A stretch of DNA of 57,682 nt from an uncultured Blastococcus sp. (GCA_902805535.1 CADCTN010000146.1:1-57682); one strand, 5' to 3'. Positions 8,915 to 19,831 are shown, numbered from the stretch's first letter. A program made the numbers and translations. The notes: generated from the sequence alone by a model not told the origin.

Positions 8915-10512
8915 GGCGCCACCAGCGCCGGATCGGCGGGCAGCCGCGCGGTGAAGGTCGACCCACCGGCGGAGGAGGCCGTCGCCTCGCCACCCCGCCG
9001 GGTGCACAGCAGGTGGACCAGCGAGAGACCGATGCCGCGCTCCGCCGACTCCTGCTCGCCCGTCGACGGATCCTTGGTCGACATCCCGCGGCGGAACACC
9101 TCGCGCTCCATGCCGGCGGGCACGCCGGGCCCGGAATCGCGCACGACCACCTCGACCTCGCCGTCCACCAGTCCCAGGGACACCTCGACCCACCGCTGTG
9201 CGGCCATCGAGGCCGCGTCCAGGGCGTTGTCCACGAGGTTGCCGACCACCGTGGCGACGTCGGTGCTGAGCTCGTCGGCCAGCACGGGCAGGGCGGAGTC
9301 CGGCGCCACCCGCAGGTCGACGCCGAGCTCGGCGGCCTGGCTGGCCTTGGCGATGAGCAGCGCGGCGATCGACGGGTCGCGCACCGCCGCGGTGACGTCC
9401 GCGCTGAGCTCGGAGCGGCTGGAGCTGACCCGGTGCACGAACCGCACGGCCTCCTCGGCCTCGCCCAGCTCGATGAGGCCCGCGATCGTGTGCAGCCGGT
9501 TGCTGAACTCGTGGGCCTGCGCCCGCAACGTGTCGGTCACGTGCCGGGTGAGGTCCAGCTCGCGGCGCAGCTCGAGCAGCTCGGTGCGGTCCCGCAGCGT
9601 CGTCACCGACCCGATGAGCCGGCCCTTGCTGGTGATCGGCAGCCGGTTGACGACGAGCACCCGGCCCGCGCTCGCCACCGCGCGGTCCCGCTCCACCTCC
9701 CCGGACAGGAACGCGTCGAGGATCTCCGTGCTCACGCCCAGCTCGACGAGGGTCCGGCCGAGCGCGTCCCCCGGGATGTGCAGCAGGCGGATCGCCTCGT
9801 CGTTGATCAGCGTCACGCGGCCGCGCAGGTCCAGGCCGACGACGCCCTCGCGGATGCCGTGCAGCATCGCGTCCCGGTGCTCGACCAGCCCGGTGATCTC
9901 GGCCGGCTCCAGGCCGAGGGTCTGCCGCTTCACCCGCCGGGCCACGAGCAGCGAGCCGACGATGCCGATGGCGCTGGCCAGGCCGAGGTAGGTGAGCAGG
10001 TTGGGCGCCGCCGCGGCCAGCCCGTCCAGCACCGACGGGTAGACCCGGGTGACGACGACGAACCCCGCGGCCTGCCGCCGCGGCCCGTTCAGCACCGGGA
10101 CCATCGCCACCGCGGCCGGGCTGCCGTCGAACTCGCGCTCCCCCTCCCAGGCCCGCCCCGCCAGGACCGTGCTGTCCCCCACGGGGATCCGGTCGCCCAG
10201 CTGACCGGGGTCCTCGCTGGCGATGACGGTGCGGTCGATCAGTGCCACCACGACCGACGCGGAGTCCGAGACGCTGCGGGTGCTCTCGGCGGCGACCCGC
10301 ACGTAGGCGACCCCGCCCTCGTCCACCGCCTCGCGGAAGATCCGCGCGTTGGCCAGCGTCTCGGCCACCGCCAGGGCCCGTCGTCCCTCGGTCGCCTGCG
10401 CCCCCTTCGTCGTCTGGGCCACCGTCACCGCCGCCACGCCCACCAGCACGACGCAGACGATGACCACCTGCAGGGCGAGCAGCTGGCCGGCGAGCGAGAG
10501 CCGGCGGGTCAC
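8911..10512 (-). CDS. CitA/DcuS-type sensor histidine kinase
   Basis: Two TM segments, sCache-like region, PAS, LRAQAHEFSNRLH H-box, GNLVDNA, DSGPG, RGIGL. Confidence 0.93.
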   Translation of the reverse strand: MTRRLSLAGQLLALQVVIVCVVLVGVAAVTVAQTTKGAQATEGRRALAVAETLANARIFREAVDEGGVAYVRVAAESTRSVSDSASVVVALIDRTVIASEDPGQLGDRIPVGDSTVLAGRAWEGEREFDGSPAAVAMVPVLNGPRRQAAGFVVVTRVYPSVLDGLAAAAPNLLTYLGLASAIGIVGSLLVARRVKRQTLGLEPAEITGLVEHRDAMLHGIREGVVGLDLRGRVTLINDEAIRLLHIPGDALGRTLVELGVSTEILDAFLSGEVERDRAVASAGRVLVVNRLPITSKGRLIGSVTTLRDRTELLELRRELDLTRHVTDTLRAQAHEFSNRLHTIAGLIELGEAEEAVRFVHRVSSSRSELSADVTAAVRDPSIAALLIAKASQAAELGVDLRVAPDSALPVLADELSTDVATVVGNLVDNALDAASMAAQRWVEVSLGLVDGEVEVVVRDSGPGVPAGMEREVFRRGMSTKDPSTGEQESAERGIGLSLVHLLCTRRGGEATASSAGGSTFTARLPADPALVAP

Positions 10513-10688
10513 GGGTCCTCCTGGCGACGGGGCGGGTACGGGAGCTGCAGCCGACCACCCGGCCGGCCGCTGGTGACCGTGGACACAAGGAACACAAAGC
10601 TCATTGCGCACGCAAGCGTGACACGGCCCACCCCGCTTGCCACCTTCCTGTGCATCGGTGGGAACCCGCCGGACACCCAGGAGGAATG

Positions 10689-11690
10689 ATGCGCACTGCT
10701 TCCCTGCGGAAGCTCACCGTCGGCGTCGTCGCCGGCGGCTTGCTGCTGACCGCGTGCGGCACGACCGCCGAGGGCGGGTCCGCCTCCGAAGGCGGCGACG
10801 GCCCGATCAGCGGCCTCCGCATGATGATTCCCAACTCCCCCGGCAGCGGCTACGACACCACCGGCCGCGAGGTCGCCGCGGTGCTCGAGGGCGAGGAGCT
10901 GGCCAGCAGCATCGAGGTGTTCAACCTCGAGGGCGCCGGCGGCACCGTGGGCCTCCAGCGGCTGGTGAACGAGGAGGGCAACGCCGAGCTGCTCATGCAG
11001 ATGGGCCTCGGCGTGGTCGGCGCGCAGTTCAGCAACCAGTCCGAGGCCACCCTCGACCAGACCACCCCGATCGCGAAGCTGATCGAGGAGGCCGAGGCGA
11101 TCGTCGTCCCGGGCGACTCCCCGTTCCAGTCCATCGACGACCTCGTCGAGGCGTGGAAGGCCGATCCGGCCAATCTCCCGGTCGGCGGCGCCTCCAACCC
11201 CGGTGGGCCCGACCACCTGACCCCGATGCTGCTGGCGCAGGAGGTCGGCGTCGACCCCGTCGCGGTCAACTACGTGCCCTACGACGGCGGCGGCGAGCTG
11301 CTGGCCGGCATCCTGGGCGGCGACGTGCAGTTCGCCGCGACCGGCGTCGGCGAGGTCACCGAGTCCGCCGCGGCGGGCGACGTGCGCATCCTGGCCGTCA
11401 CCAGCGAGGAGGCGGTCGAGGGCGTCGACGCGCCGACGCTGAGCGATGAGGGCATCGACCTCGTGTTCGCCAACTGGCGCGGGATCGTCGCGGCGCCGGG
11501 CATCTCCGAGGAGGAGACGCAGCGCTTCGTGGACGCCGTCACCGAGATGCACGACAGCGAGGCCTGGCAGCAGGTCCTCGAGGACCAGGGCTGGACCGAC
11601 TCCTTCGCGACCGGCGAGGACTTCACGTCCTTCCTCGGCGAGGAGAGCGGCCGGGTCGAGACCGTCATGAGCGAGCTGGGCCTGGCATGA
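10689..11690 (+). CDS. tctC: Tripartite tricarboxylate transporter substrate-binding lipoprotein
   Basis: Lipobox LLLTAC; PNSPGSGYDTTGR; GAGGTVG; YDGGGE; NWRG. Confidence 0.92.
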   Translation: MRTASLRKLTVGVVAGGLLLTACGTTAEGGSASEGGDGPISGLRMMIPNSPGSGYDTTGREVAAVLEGEELASSIEVFNLEGAGGTVGLQRLVNEEGNAELLMQMGLGVVGAQFSNQSEATLDQTTPIAKLIEEAEAIVVPGDSPFQSIDDLVEAWKADPANLPVGGASNPGGPDHLTPMLLAQEVGVDPVAVNYVPYDGGGELLAGILGGDVQFAATGVGEVTESAAAGDVRILAVTSEEAVEGVDAPTLSDEGIDLVFANWRGIVAAPGISEEETQRFVDAVTEMHDSEAWQQVLEDQGWTDSFATGEDFTSFLGEESGRVETVMSELGLA

Positions 11691-12199
11691 GTTCTGCCGC
11701 CCCCGGCGGCACCCAGGAGCAGGGCCGCTCCGAGCTCGGAGTGGCCCTGTTCCTCGGGGCTCTCGGGATCCTCGTCATCGTCCAGGCGCTCCTGCTCCCC
11801 GAGAGCCGGATCGCCCGCGGACCGGTCGGCCCCGGCGCCGTCCCGATCGCCGTCGGCTCGCTGCTCGTGGTCGTGGCCGGCTTCCTCGCCGTCGACGTGT
11901 GGCGCGGCGGGCGAGGTGAGCCGGAGGGCGGGGAGGACATCGAGCTCACCGGCCGCAGCGACTGGAAGACGGTCGCGATGCTCGCGGCGGCGTTCATCGC
12001 CAACGCGCTCCTGATCGAGCCGCTCGGCTGGCCGATCTCCGGCGCGATCCTGTTCTGGGGATCGGCCTATGCGCTCGGCAGCCGGCACTACGTCCGGGAC
12101 GCCGTCATCGCGCTCGTCCTGTCCGTCGGCAGCTGGTACCTGTTCGTCCTCGGTCTCGGCACCAGCCTGCCGGTCGGCATCCTGAAGGGCATCCTCTGA
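11687..12199 (+). CDS. tctB: Tripartite tricarboxylate transporter small membrane subunit
   Basis: GPGAVP, four TM segments, C-terminal LPVG; lies between tctC and tctA. Confidence 0.9.
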   Translation: MSSAAPGGTQEQGRSELGVALFLGALGILVIVQALLLPESRIARGPVGPGAVPIAVGSLLVVVAGFLAVDVWRGGRGEPEGGEDIELTGRSDWKTVAMLAAAFIANALLIEPLGWPISGAILFWGSAYALGSRHYVRDAVIALVLSVGSWYLFVLGLGTSLPVGILKGIL

Positions 12200-13842
12200 T
12201 GGACGCGTTGACCGAACTGATGGGCGGATTCGGCACGGCGCTGACGCCGACGAACCTGCTGTACGCGTTGCTCGGCGTGCTCCTCGGCACGGCGATCGGC
12301 GTCCTGCCGGGCATCGGCCCGGCCATGACGATCGCGCTGCTGCTCCCGCTGACCCGCGGCCTGGACGTCACCACCGCGATCATCATGTTCGCCGGCATCT
12401 ACTACGGCGGCATGTACGGCGGCTCCACCACCTCGATCCTGCTGAACACCCCCGGCGAGAGCGCGTCGGTGGTGACCGCCATCGAGGGCAACAAGATGGC
12501 CAAGAGCGGGCGGGCCGCCCAGGCCCTGGCCACCGCGGCGATCGGGTCGTTCGTCGCCGGCACGATCGCCACCCTGCTGCTCGCCCTGGTTGCCCCGCTG
12601 GTCGCCGACCTCGCCGTGGAGGTCTCCCCCGCCGACACCTTCGCGATCATGCTGCTCGCCTTCATCGCGGTGACGTCCGTGCTCGGCAGCTCGCGGGTCA
12701 GGGGCCTCGCCGCACTCGGCATCGGCCTGACCATCGGGCTGATCGGGATCGACTTCACCTCGGGGCAGCAGCGGCTCACCTTCGGCGTCCCCGAGCTCGC
12801 GGACGGCATCGACGTCATCGTGGTGGCGGTCGGGCTGTTCGCCGTCGGCGAGGCGCTCTGGACGGCGGCCCACCTGCGTCGCCGGCCCCTGGACATCACC
12901 CCGGTCGGCAACCCGCGGATGAGCCGGGCCGACTGGAGCCGGTCGTGGAAGCCGTGGCTGCGCGGCACCGCCATCGGCTTCCCGTTCGGCGCCGTGCCGG
13001 CCGGCGGCGCGGAGATCCCGACGTTCCTCTCCTACGTCACCGAGAAGCGGCTGTCCAAGCACCCGGAGGAGTTCGGGAAGGGCGCCATCGAGGGTGTCGC
13101 CGGCCCGGAGGCGACCAACAACGCCTCGGCGGCCGGTGGCCTGGTGCCGCTGCTGACCCTCGGCATCCCCACCACGGCCACCGCGGCGGTCATGCTGGCC
13201 GCGATCACCAGCTACGGCATCGAGCCCGGCCCCCGGCTCTTCGAGACCGAGCCCGTCCTGGTGTGGGGGCTGATCGCCAGCCTCTTCATCGGCAACACGG
13301 CGCTGCTGGTGCTCAACCTGCCGTTGGCTCCGCTGTGGGCCCGGCTGCTCCGCATCCCTCGCACGTACCTGTACGCGGGCATCCTGTTCTTCTCCTGCCT
13401 CGGCGCCTACGCCGCCGACGCCTCGTCGTTCGACCTGTTCCTGCTGCTGGCGATCGGTGCGCTCGGCTTCATGATGCGGCGGTTCGGTCTGCCGATCCTG
13501 CCGGCGATCATCGGGGTGATCCTCGGGCCGTTCGCCGAGGAGGAGCTGCGGCAGGCGCTGCAGATCAGCAACGGCGCCCTCAGCGGCCTCGTCGACCCGT
13601 TCGCGATCGTCGTCTACGTGATCGTCGCGCTGATCCTGCTGTGGCCGGTCGTCCGGCGGTTCCTGCCGCGCAGGTCGATCGTCCCGGTCCTCACCGAGGC
13701 CGCGCACGAGATCGAGGAGTCCCACTCCCACCACGGGCTCACCCACGCGGTGTCGGTCGAGCGGCACGTGGGCGACCACCGCGGCGACCGGGCGGGCGAC
13801 TCGGCGGGCGGGAGTCGGGGCCCGGGAGAACCGAGCGGCTGA
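12199..13842 (+). CDS. tctA: Tripartite tricarboxylate transporter permease
   Basis: [37 protein letters not shown]. Confidence 0.95.
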   Translation: MDALTELMGGFGTALTPTNLLYALLGVLLGTAIGVLPGIGPAMTIALLLPLTRGLDVTTAIIMFAGIYYGGMYGGSTTSILLNTPGESASVVTAIEGNKMAKSGRAAQALATAAIGSFVAGTIATLLLALVAPLVADLAVEVSPADTFAIMLLAFIAVTSVLGSSRVRGLAALGIGLTIGLIGIDFTSGQQRLTFGVPELADGIDVIVVAVGLFAVGEALWTAAHLRRRPLDITPVGNPRMSRADWSRSWKPWLRGTAIGFPFGAVPAGGAEIPTFLSYVTEKRLSKHPEEFGKGAIEGVAGPEATNNASAAGGLVPLLTLGIPTTATAAVMLAAITSYGIEPGPRLFETEPVLVWGLIASLFIGNTALLVLNLPLAPLWARLLRIPRTYLYAGILFFSCLGAYAADASSFDLFLLLAIGALGFMMRRFGLPILPAIIGVILGPFAEEELRQALQISNGALSGLVDPFAIVVYVIVALILLWPVVRRFLPRRSIVPVLTEAAHEIEESHSHHGLTHAVSVERHVGDHRGDRAGDSAGGSRGPGEPSG

Positions 13843-13866
13843 CGACGGGCGGGCACACTGACCCGC

Positions 13867-14568
13867 ATGCGGCCGCTGATCGGGATCACCACCTACCGCG
13901 AGCCGGCGCAGTGGGGCACGTGGCGCGTCCCCGCGGTCCTACTCCCGGCCTCGTACGCGGACGCCGTCGCGGGGGCCGGCGGCGAACCGGTGCTGCTGCC
14001 CACCGGGGCGATCAGCGCCGAGGTGGTGCACCGGCTCGACGGGCTGATCGTGGCCGGCGGCGCCGACGTCGATCCGGCGCGCTACGGCCAGACCGCCGGA
14101 CCGCACACCGCCGTCGTCCGGCCGGAACGGGACGAGTCCGAGCTCCTCGCCCTCCAGGCGGCGCTGGACCGCGACCTGCCGCTGCTCGCGATCTGCCGCG
14201 GCATGCAGCTGCTCAACGTGGCCCTGGGCGGTGACCTGGTGCAGCACCTCCCCGACGTCGAGGACACCGGGGTGCACGACCCCGGCCCGGGGACCTATCA
14301 CCGCCGGGAGGTGCACACCGAGCCCGGCACCGAGCTGCACCGGCTGCTGGGCCCGACAGCGCCGGTGGCCTGCCACCACCACCAGGCGGTGCACCGGATC
14401 GCGCCCGAGCTGACGCCGTCCGCGTGGGCCGAGGACGGCGTGGTGGAGGCGGTCGAGGCGGCCGGCCGGCGGTTCTGCCTGGGCGTGCAGTGGCACCCCG
14501 AGGAGGGCCATCCCGAGGGAGGCGTCGACTCCCGCCTGTTCGCCGCCCACGTGGCCGCCGCGGGCTGA
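13867..14568 (+). CDS. Gamma-glutamyl-gamma-aminobutyrate hydrolase-like (peptidase C26, PuuD-like)
   Basis: PLIGIT, AICRGMQLLNV, HHQAV, GVQWHPE. Confidence 0.92.
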   Translation: MRPLIGITTYREPAQWGTWRVPAVLLPASYADAVAGAGGEPVLLPTGAISAEVVHRLDGLIVAGGADVDPARYGQTAGPHTAVVRPERDESELLALQAALDRDLPLLAICRGMQLLNVALGGDLVQHLPDVEDTGVHDPGPGTYHRREVHTEPGTELHRLLGPTAPVACHHHQAVHRIAPELTPSAWAEDGVVEAVEAAGRRFCLGVQWHPEEGHPEGGVDSRLFAAHVAAAG

Positions 14569-14574
14569 CCGGCT

Positions 14575-16125
14575 TCAGCGGGTGCGCGACCGCGCCTCCG
14601 GGTCGATGTCATTGACGTCGATGTTCTCGACGTCGACCGCGCCGTAGCCCTCGGCCTGCGGGTCGCCGTGCAACCCGCCGGTCATCGCGTACTCCTCCTC
14701 CGGCGACAGCACCAGCCGGTGCCGGCCGAACGCGGCGAAGACGGCGAGCGCGACGACGTAGATGATCGCGATGGCGATGATCGCCTGCCGGTAGTCCTCG
14801 TTGAGCATCACGCCCACGAAGACCAGCGCCGCGACGGCGCCGGCGAACACCGCACCCGGCACCCCGAACGGGCTGCGGTAGGGCCGAGCGGCAGTCGGGA
14901 ACTTCCGGCGCAGCAGCACGAAGGCCACCATCTGCAGCAGGTAGGCCAGCACCGCTCCCCACACCGCGATGTTGAGGACGATGGCCCCGGCCGTCTCCCC
15001 GCCGGTGTCGACCAGGACCAACGCGACGATGCCGATGACCGCACCGACGACCAGCGCGATCCACGGCGTCTTGCGCGAGCCGGTCAGCGACAGGACCTTC
15101 GGGTAGTAGCCGGCCCGCGAGAGCGAGTAGATGTTGCGCCCGTAGGCGTACATGATCCCCTGCAGCGAGGCGAACAGGCCGATCAGCGCGAACAGCGACA
15201 GGACCGCGGCCAGGTCGCTGTTGGGCAGGATCGCCCGGAAGCCGTCGAGCAGCGGCTCGCCGGACTCCCCGATCGCCGAGGCGCCCACGACCGCCGGGTT
15301 CAGCACCAGGACGAGTCCCCCGCTGATGATCAGCGTGCCCAGGCCCCACATGCCCGCCCGGGGGATGTCGCGGGCCGGCATGTGCGACTCCTCGGCGGCC
15401 AGCGGCAGTTCCTCGATGCCCAGGTAGAGCCACATCGCGAAGGGCATCGCGAGGACCACCTGCCACCAGCCGAACGGCACGAAGGTGCTGTTGCCGCCCT
15501 CGGGCTCGATGTCGAGGAGCTTGCCGAAGTCCAGCGCCCCGGAGAACAGCGCCATGACGGCGAAGAGCGCGATGACCGCCAGCGACAGCACGGCGACGAC
15601 GACGGCGAAGCGGAACGACACCTCGGCGCCGGCGATGTTGAGCAGCAGGAAGAGCCCGTAGAGGATCAGCCACCACACCCAGCCCGGCATCGACAGCCCG
15701 AACAGCTCGTCGGTGATGCTGTCGGCGTAGGACGCGGAGAAGTAGACGATCACCGCCGTCGTCGCGACGTACTCGATCGTCTCGGCGAGCCCGGTCACGA
15801 ACCCGCCCCAGGGGCCCATCGCCGACCGCGCGAACGAGTACGCGCCGCCGGTGTGCGGCATCGCCGACGCCATCTCGCCGATGCTGCCGATCATGGTGAC
15901 GTACATCAGCGTGACGATCACCGTGGCGATGAGGAAGCCGCCCCACCCGGCGCCGCTGATGCCGAAGTTCCACCCGGAGAAGTCGCCGGAGACGACGGCC
16001 GCCACCCCGAGCCCCCAGAGGCCCCAGAACCCGGCGGTACGGGTCAGCCCGCGCTTGTCGAAGTAGCCATCGGCGGCATGGGTGTAGGTGACGCCCGAGG
16101 CGCCGCGGGGCTGGGGTGCGGACAT
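14575..16125 (-). CDS. APC amino-acid/ethanolamine permease
   Basis: VVSGDFSGWNFG, PHTGGAYSFAR, YLGIEELPLAAEE; CAGGAG RBS. Confidence 0.9.
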   Translation of the reverse strand: MSAPQPRGASGVTYTHAADGYFDKRGLTRTAGFWGLWGLGVAAVVSGDFSGWNFGISGAGWGGFLIATVIVTLMYVTMIGSIGEMASAMPHTGGAYSFARSAMGPWGGFVTGLAETIEYVATTAVIVYFSASYADSITDELFGLSMPGWVWWLILYGLFLLLNIAGAEVSFRFAVVVAVLSLAVIALFAVMALFSGALDFGKLLDIEPEGGNSTFVPFGWWQVVLAMPFAMWLYLGIEELPLAAEESHMPARDIPRAGMWGLGTLIISGGLVLVLNPAVVGASAIGESGEPLLDGFRAILPNSDLAAVLSLFALIGLFASLQGIMYAYGRNIYSLSRAGYYPKVLSLTGSRKTPWIALVVGAVIGIVALVLVDTGGETAGAIVLNIAVWGAVLAYLLQMVAFVLLRRKFPTAARPYRSPFGVPGAVFAGAVAALVFVGVMLNEDYRQAIIAIAIIYVVALAVFAAFGRHRLVLSPEEEYAMTGGLHGDPQAEGYGAVDVENIDVNDIDPEARSRTR

Positions 16126-16278
16126 GGGCGTCTCCTGGTGGGAGCGAACTCGGTGGCCGGTCAGGGTGGGCGCTGATCCACCGCAGGTCAATGGGGAAGC
16201 GCGCGTGCGCCGGGTCCGATCCGGTGACGGCGGCGGCAGCGCTTGTGGGGCGCGACGCGGGACACCTAGGGTCCGGCC

Positions 16279-17643
16279 GTGACCGAGCGCAGGCAGGGCC
16301 TCCTCAACGTCGAGGACCTGCGTCACCTGGTCGACCACGGCGAGGTCGACACCGTGCTCGTCGCGTTCACCGACATGCAGGGCCGCCTGCAGGGCAAACG
16401 GCTGCACGCCCGGTACTTCCTGGACGTCGTCCTGGAGCACGCCACCGAGGGGTGCAACTACCTGCTCGCCGTCGACGTCGACATGAACACCGTCGAGGGC
16501 TACGCGATGTCGTCGTGGTCCACCGGCTACGGCGACTTCGTGATGCAGCCCGACCTCGCCACGCTGCGCCGCGTGCCGTGGAACCCCGGCACGGCGATGG
16601 TCCTGGCCGACCTGCGGTGGGAGGACGGCAGCCCGGTGCTCGCCTCGCCGCGCCAGGTGCTGGCCCGGCAGACCGAACGCCTGGCCGAGGCCGGGATGAC
16701 CGCCTACGTCGGCACCGAGCTCGAGTTCCTCGTCTTCCGCAACACCTACGAGCAGGCCTGGGACACCGGCTACCGCGAGCTCACCCCCGCCAACCAGTAC
16801 AACGTGGACTACTCCGTCCTGGGCACCGCGCGGATCGAGCCGCTGCTGCGGCGCATCCGCAACGACATGACCGGCGCGGGGCTCGTCGTCGAGTCGGCGA
16901 AGGGCGAGTGCAACCTGGGCCAGCACGAGATCGCCTTCCGCTACGACGAGGCGCCCCGCACCTGTGACGGCCACGTGATCTACAAGAACGGGGCCAAGGA
17001 GATCGCGGCGCTGGAGGGCATGGCGCTGACCTTCATGGCGAAGTTCGACGCCCGCGAGGGCAACTCGTGCCACGTCCACTGCAGCTTCCGGGGCACCGAC
17101 GGCGCGCTGGTGCTGGCCGACGGGCACGGCCTGTCCGACGTCGGCCGGTCCTTCGTCGCCGGGCAGCTGCGCTACGCCCGCGAGCTCACCCTGCTGCTCG
17201 CGCCGAACATCAACTCCTACAAGCGGTTCGTCCCGGGCTCCTTCGCCCCGACGGCGCTGCGCTGGGGCCGGGACAACCGCACCTGCGCGTTCCGGCTGGT
17301 CGGGCACGGCGCCTCGCTGCGGCTGGAGAACCGGATCCCGGGCGGGGACGTGAACCCCTACCTGGCGACGGCGGCGGTCGTGGCCGCGGGCCTCGCCGGC
17401 ATCGAGGAGGAGCTCGAACTGGAGCCGGTTTTCGAGGGCAACGCCTACGACGACCCGGACGCCGAGCACGTGCCGACGACACTGGCCGAGGCACGCGACC
17501 TCTGGCGCGGGAGCGCCTTCGCCCGCCGTACCTTCGGCGACGACGTGGTGGACCACTACGCCAACATGGCCGCGGTCGAGCTGGCCGCCTTCGGCCGGGC
17601 GGTCACCGACTGGGAGCGCTTCCGGGGGTTCGAGCGGCTGTGA
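16279..17643 (+). CDS. glnA4: Glutamine synthetase-like gamma-glutamylating enzyme (GlnA4-like)
   Basis: DMQGRLQGKR, GTELEF, KGECNLGQHE, GNSCHVH, DNRTCAFR, ENRIPGGD; leaderless TAGGGT -10. Confidence 0.88.
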   Translation: MTERRQGLLNVEDLRHLVDHGEVDTVLVAFTDMQGRLQGKRLHARYFLDVVLEHATEGCNYLLAVDVDMNTVEGYAMSSWSTGYGDFVMQPDLATLRRVPWNPGTAMVLADLRWEDGSPVLASPRQVLARQTERLAEAGMTAYVGTELEFLVFRNTYEQAWDTGYRELTPANQYNVDYSVLGTARIEPLLRRIRNDMTGAGLVVESAKGECNLGQHEIAFRYDEAPRTCDGHVIYKNGAKEIAALEGMALTFMAKFDAREGNSCHVHCSFRGTDGALVLADGHGLSDVGRSFVAGQLRYARELTLLLAPNINSYKRFVPGSFAPTALRWGRDNRTCAFRLVGHGASLRLENRIPGGDVNPYLATAAVVAAGLAGIEEELELEPVFEGNAYDDPDAEHVPTTLAEARDLWRGSAFARRTFGDDVVDHYANMAAVELAAFGRAVTDWERFRGFERL

Positions 17644-19010
17644 ACATTACGTCCTACGACGTCGTGAACCCGGCCACCGAGGAGATCGTCGACACCGTCG
17701 CGCTGGCCGACGTCGCCGACACCGACGCCGCCGTGGCCCGCGCCCGCCGGGCGTTCCAGTCCTGGCGGAAGGTGGCACCGGCCGACCGCGGCCGCCTCCT
17801 GCGCCGGTTCGCGGAGGTCGTCGACGCGCACGTGGAGGAGCTCGCCCGGCTCGAGGTGCGCAACGCCGGGCACACCATCGGCAACGCCCGCTGGGAGGCC
17901 GGCAACGTCCGCGACGTCCTCACCTACTACAGCGCCGCGCCCGAGCGGCTCTTCGGCCGGCAGATCCCGGTGGCCGGGGGCGTGGACCTCACCTTCCACG
18001 AGCCGCTCGGCGTCGTCGGCGTCATCGTGCCCTGGAACTTCCCCATGCCGATCGCCGGCTGGGCGTTCGCCCCGGCGCTCGCCGCCGGCAACACCGTCGT
18101 GCTCAAGCCGGCCGAGCTGACCCCGCTGACCGCGATGCGGCTGGCGCAGCTGGCGCTGGAGGCCGGGCTGCCCGAGGACGTGTTCACCGTGCTGCCGGGC
18201 AAGGGCTCGGTCGTCGGCCAGCGGCTCGTCGAGCACCCGGACGTCCGGAAGATCGTCTTCACCGGCTCCACCCAGGTCGGCAAGGGCGTGATGGCCGGCT
18301 GCGCCGACCGGGTCAAGCGGGTGACCCTCGAGCTCGGTGGCAAGAGCGCGAACGTGGTCTTCGCCGACGCCGACCTCGAGAAGGCCGCGGCGAGCGCTCC
18401 CTCCGCCGTCTTCGACAACGCCGGCCAGGACTGCTGCGCCCGGTCCCGGATCCTGGTGCAGCGGTCGGTCTACGACCGCTTCCTGGAGCTCCTGGAGCCG
18501 GCGGTCACGGGCTTCCGGGTCGAGGACCCCTCGCTGGACACGGCGCAGATGGGCCCGCTGATCAGCCGCGGCCAGTGGGACCGCGTCCGTGCCTACGTGC
18601 CCGACGACGCCCCCGTGGCGTTCCGCGGCTCGGCCCCCGACGGTCCGGGGTTCTGGTTCCCGCCGACGGTTCTGGCGCCGGTCGACCCGAAGGCGCCCGC
18701 CGTGACGGAGGAGATCTTCGGCCCGGTCGTCGCCGTGGTCCCGTTCGCCGACGAGGACGACGCCGTCCGGATGGCCAACGAGGGCGAGTACGGGCTGTCC
18801 GGCTCCATCTGGACCCGCGACCTCGGTCGGGCGCTGCGCGTCTCCCGCGGGATCGAGGCCGGGAACCTGTCGGTCAACAGCAACTCGTCGGTGCGCTACT
18901 CCACGCCGTTCGGCGGCTTCAAGCAGTCCGGCCTCGGCCGCGAGCTCGGGCCGGACGCGCTGCACTCGTTCACCGACGAGAAGAACGTCTTCATCGCGAC
19001 GGAGGAGTAG
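17640..19010 (+). CDS. Aldehyde dehydrogenase
   Basis: PWNFP, FTGST, LELGGKS, GQDCCA, EEIFGPV, PFGGFKQSG. Confidence 0.95.
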   Translation: MNITSYDVVNPATEEIVDTVALADVADTDAAVARARRAFQSWRKVAPADRGRLLRRFAEVVDAHVEELARLEVRNAGHTIGNARWEAGNVRDVLTYYSAAPERLFGRQIPVAGGVDLTFHEPLGVVGVIVPWNFPMPIAGWAFAPALAAGNTVVLKPAELTPLTAMRLAQLALEAGLPEDVFTVLPGKGSVVGQRLVEHPDVRKIVFTGSTQVGKGVMAGCADRVKRVTLELGGKSANVVFADADLEKAAASAPSAVFDNAGQDCCARSRILVQRSVYDRFLELLEPAVTGFRVEDPSLDTAQMGPLISRGQWDRVRAYVPDDAPVAFRGSAPDGPGFWFPPTVLAPVDPKAPAVTEEIFGPVVAVVPFADEDDAVRMANEGEYGLSGSIWTRDLGRALRVSRGIEAGNLSVNSNSSVRYSTPFGGFKQSGLGRELGPDALHSFTDEKNVFIATEE

Positions 19011-19012
19011 GC

Positions 19013-19831
19013 GTGAGCGCAGCGGGCCGCGGGAGCGAACTGACGACGTCAGTGGCTGGATCGACGGTGCGGCGGCTGGTCGACCGGGTCGCTGTGGTGA
19101 CCGGCGGGGCGAGCGGCATCGGGCTGGCGACGGCCCGCCGGTTCGCGTCGGAGGGTGCCCGCGTGGTCGTCGGCGACGTCGACCCGGAGAGCGGCAAGGC
19201 CGCGGCGGAGGAGGTCGGCGGGCTGTTCGTGCAGGTCGACGTCACCTCCCCCGAGCAGGTCGACGCGCTCTTCGCCGCCGCGGTCGACACCTACGGCGGG
19301 CTGGACATCGCCTTCAACAACGCCGGCATCTCCCCTCCGGACGACGACTCCATCCTGGTCACCGGGCTCGATGCCTGGCGTCGCGTGCAGGAGGTGAACC
19401 TGACCTCGGTCTACCTCTGCTGCAAGGCGGCGATCCCCCACATGCAGGCCCGCGGCCGCGGTTCGATCATCAACACCGCGTCGTTCGTGGCCCGGATGGG
19501 GGCGGCGACGTCGCAGATCTCCTACACGGCGTCCAAGGGCGGCGTGCTGGCGATGTCCCGGGAGCTGGGGGTGCAGTTCGCGCGCGAGGGCATCCGGGTC
19601 AACGCGCTGTCGCCGGGGCCGGTCAACACCCCCCTGCTGCAGGAGCTCTTCGCCAAGGACCCCGAACGGGCCGCGCGGCGCCTGGTGCACATCCCGGTCG
19701 GCCGGTTCGCCGAGCCGCAGGAGATCGCCGCCGCCGTCGCCTTCCTGGCGTCGGACGACTCCTCGTTCATCACGGCGTCGGAGTTCCTGGTCGACGGCGG
19801 GATCAGCGGCGCCTACGTGACGCCGCTCTGA
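19013..19831 (+). CDS. Short-chain dehydrogenase/reductase
   Basis: TGGASGIG, NNAG, YTASKGG; start could be a few codons further downstream. Confidence 0.92.
   Translation: MSAAGRGSELTTSVAGSTVRRLVDRVAVVTGGASGIGLATARRFASEGARVVVGDVDPESGKAAAEEVGGLFVQVDVTSPEQVDALFAAAVDTYGGLDIAFNNAGISPPDDDSILVTGLDAWRRVQEVNLTSVYLCCKAAIPHMQARGRGSIINTASFVARMGAATSQISYTASKGGVLAMSRELGVQFAREGIRVNALSPGPVNTPLLQELFAKDPERAARRLVHIPVGRFAEPQEIAAAVAFLASDDSSFITASEFLVDGGISGAYVTPL

Noticed and set aside
8222-10597. 791-aa response regulator
   Set aside because: The upstream part is an off-frame overlap with the kinase; the real start is GTG 8914
14575-17556. 993-aa permease fusion
   Set aside because: The N-terminal half is antisense to glnA4; the real start is 16125 with an RBS
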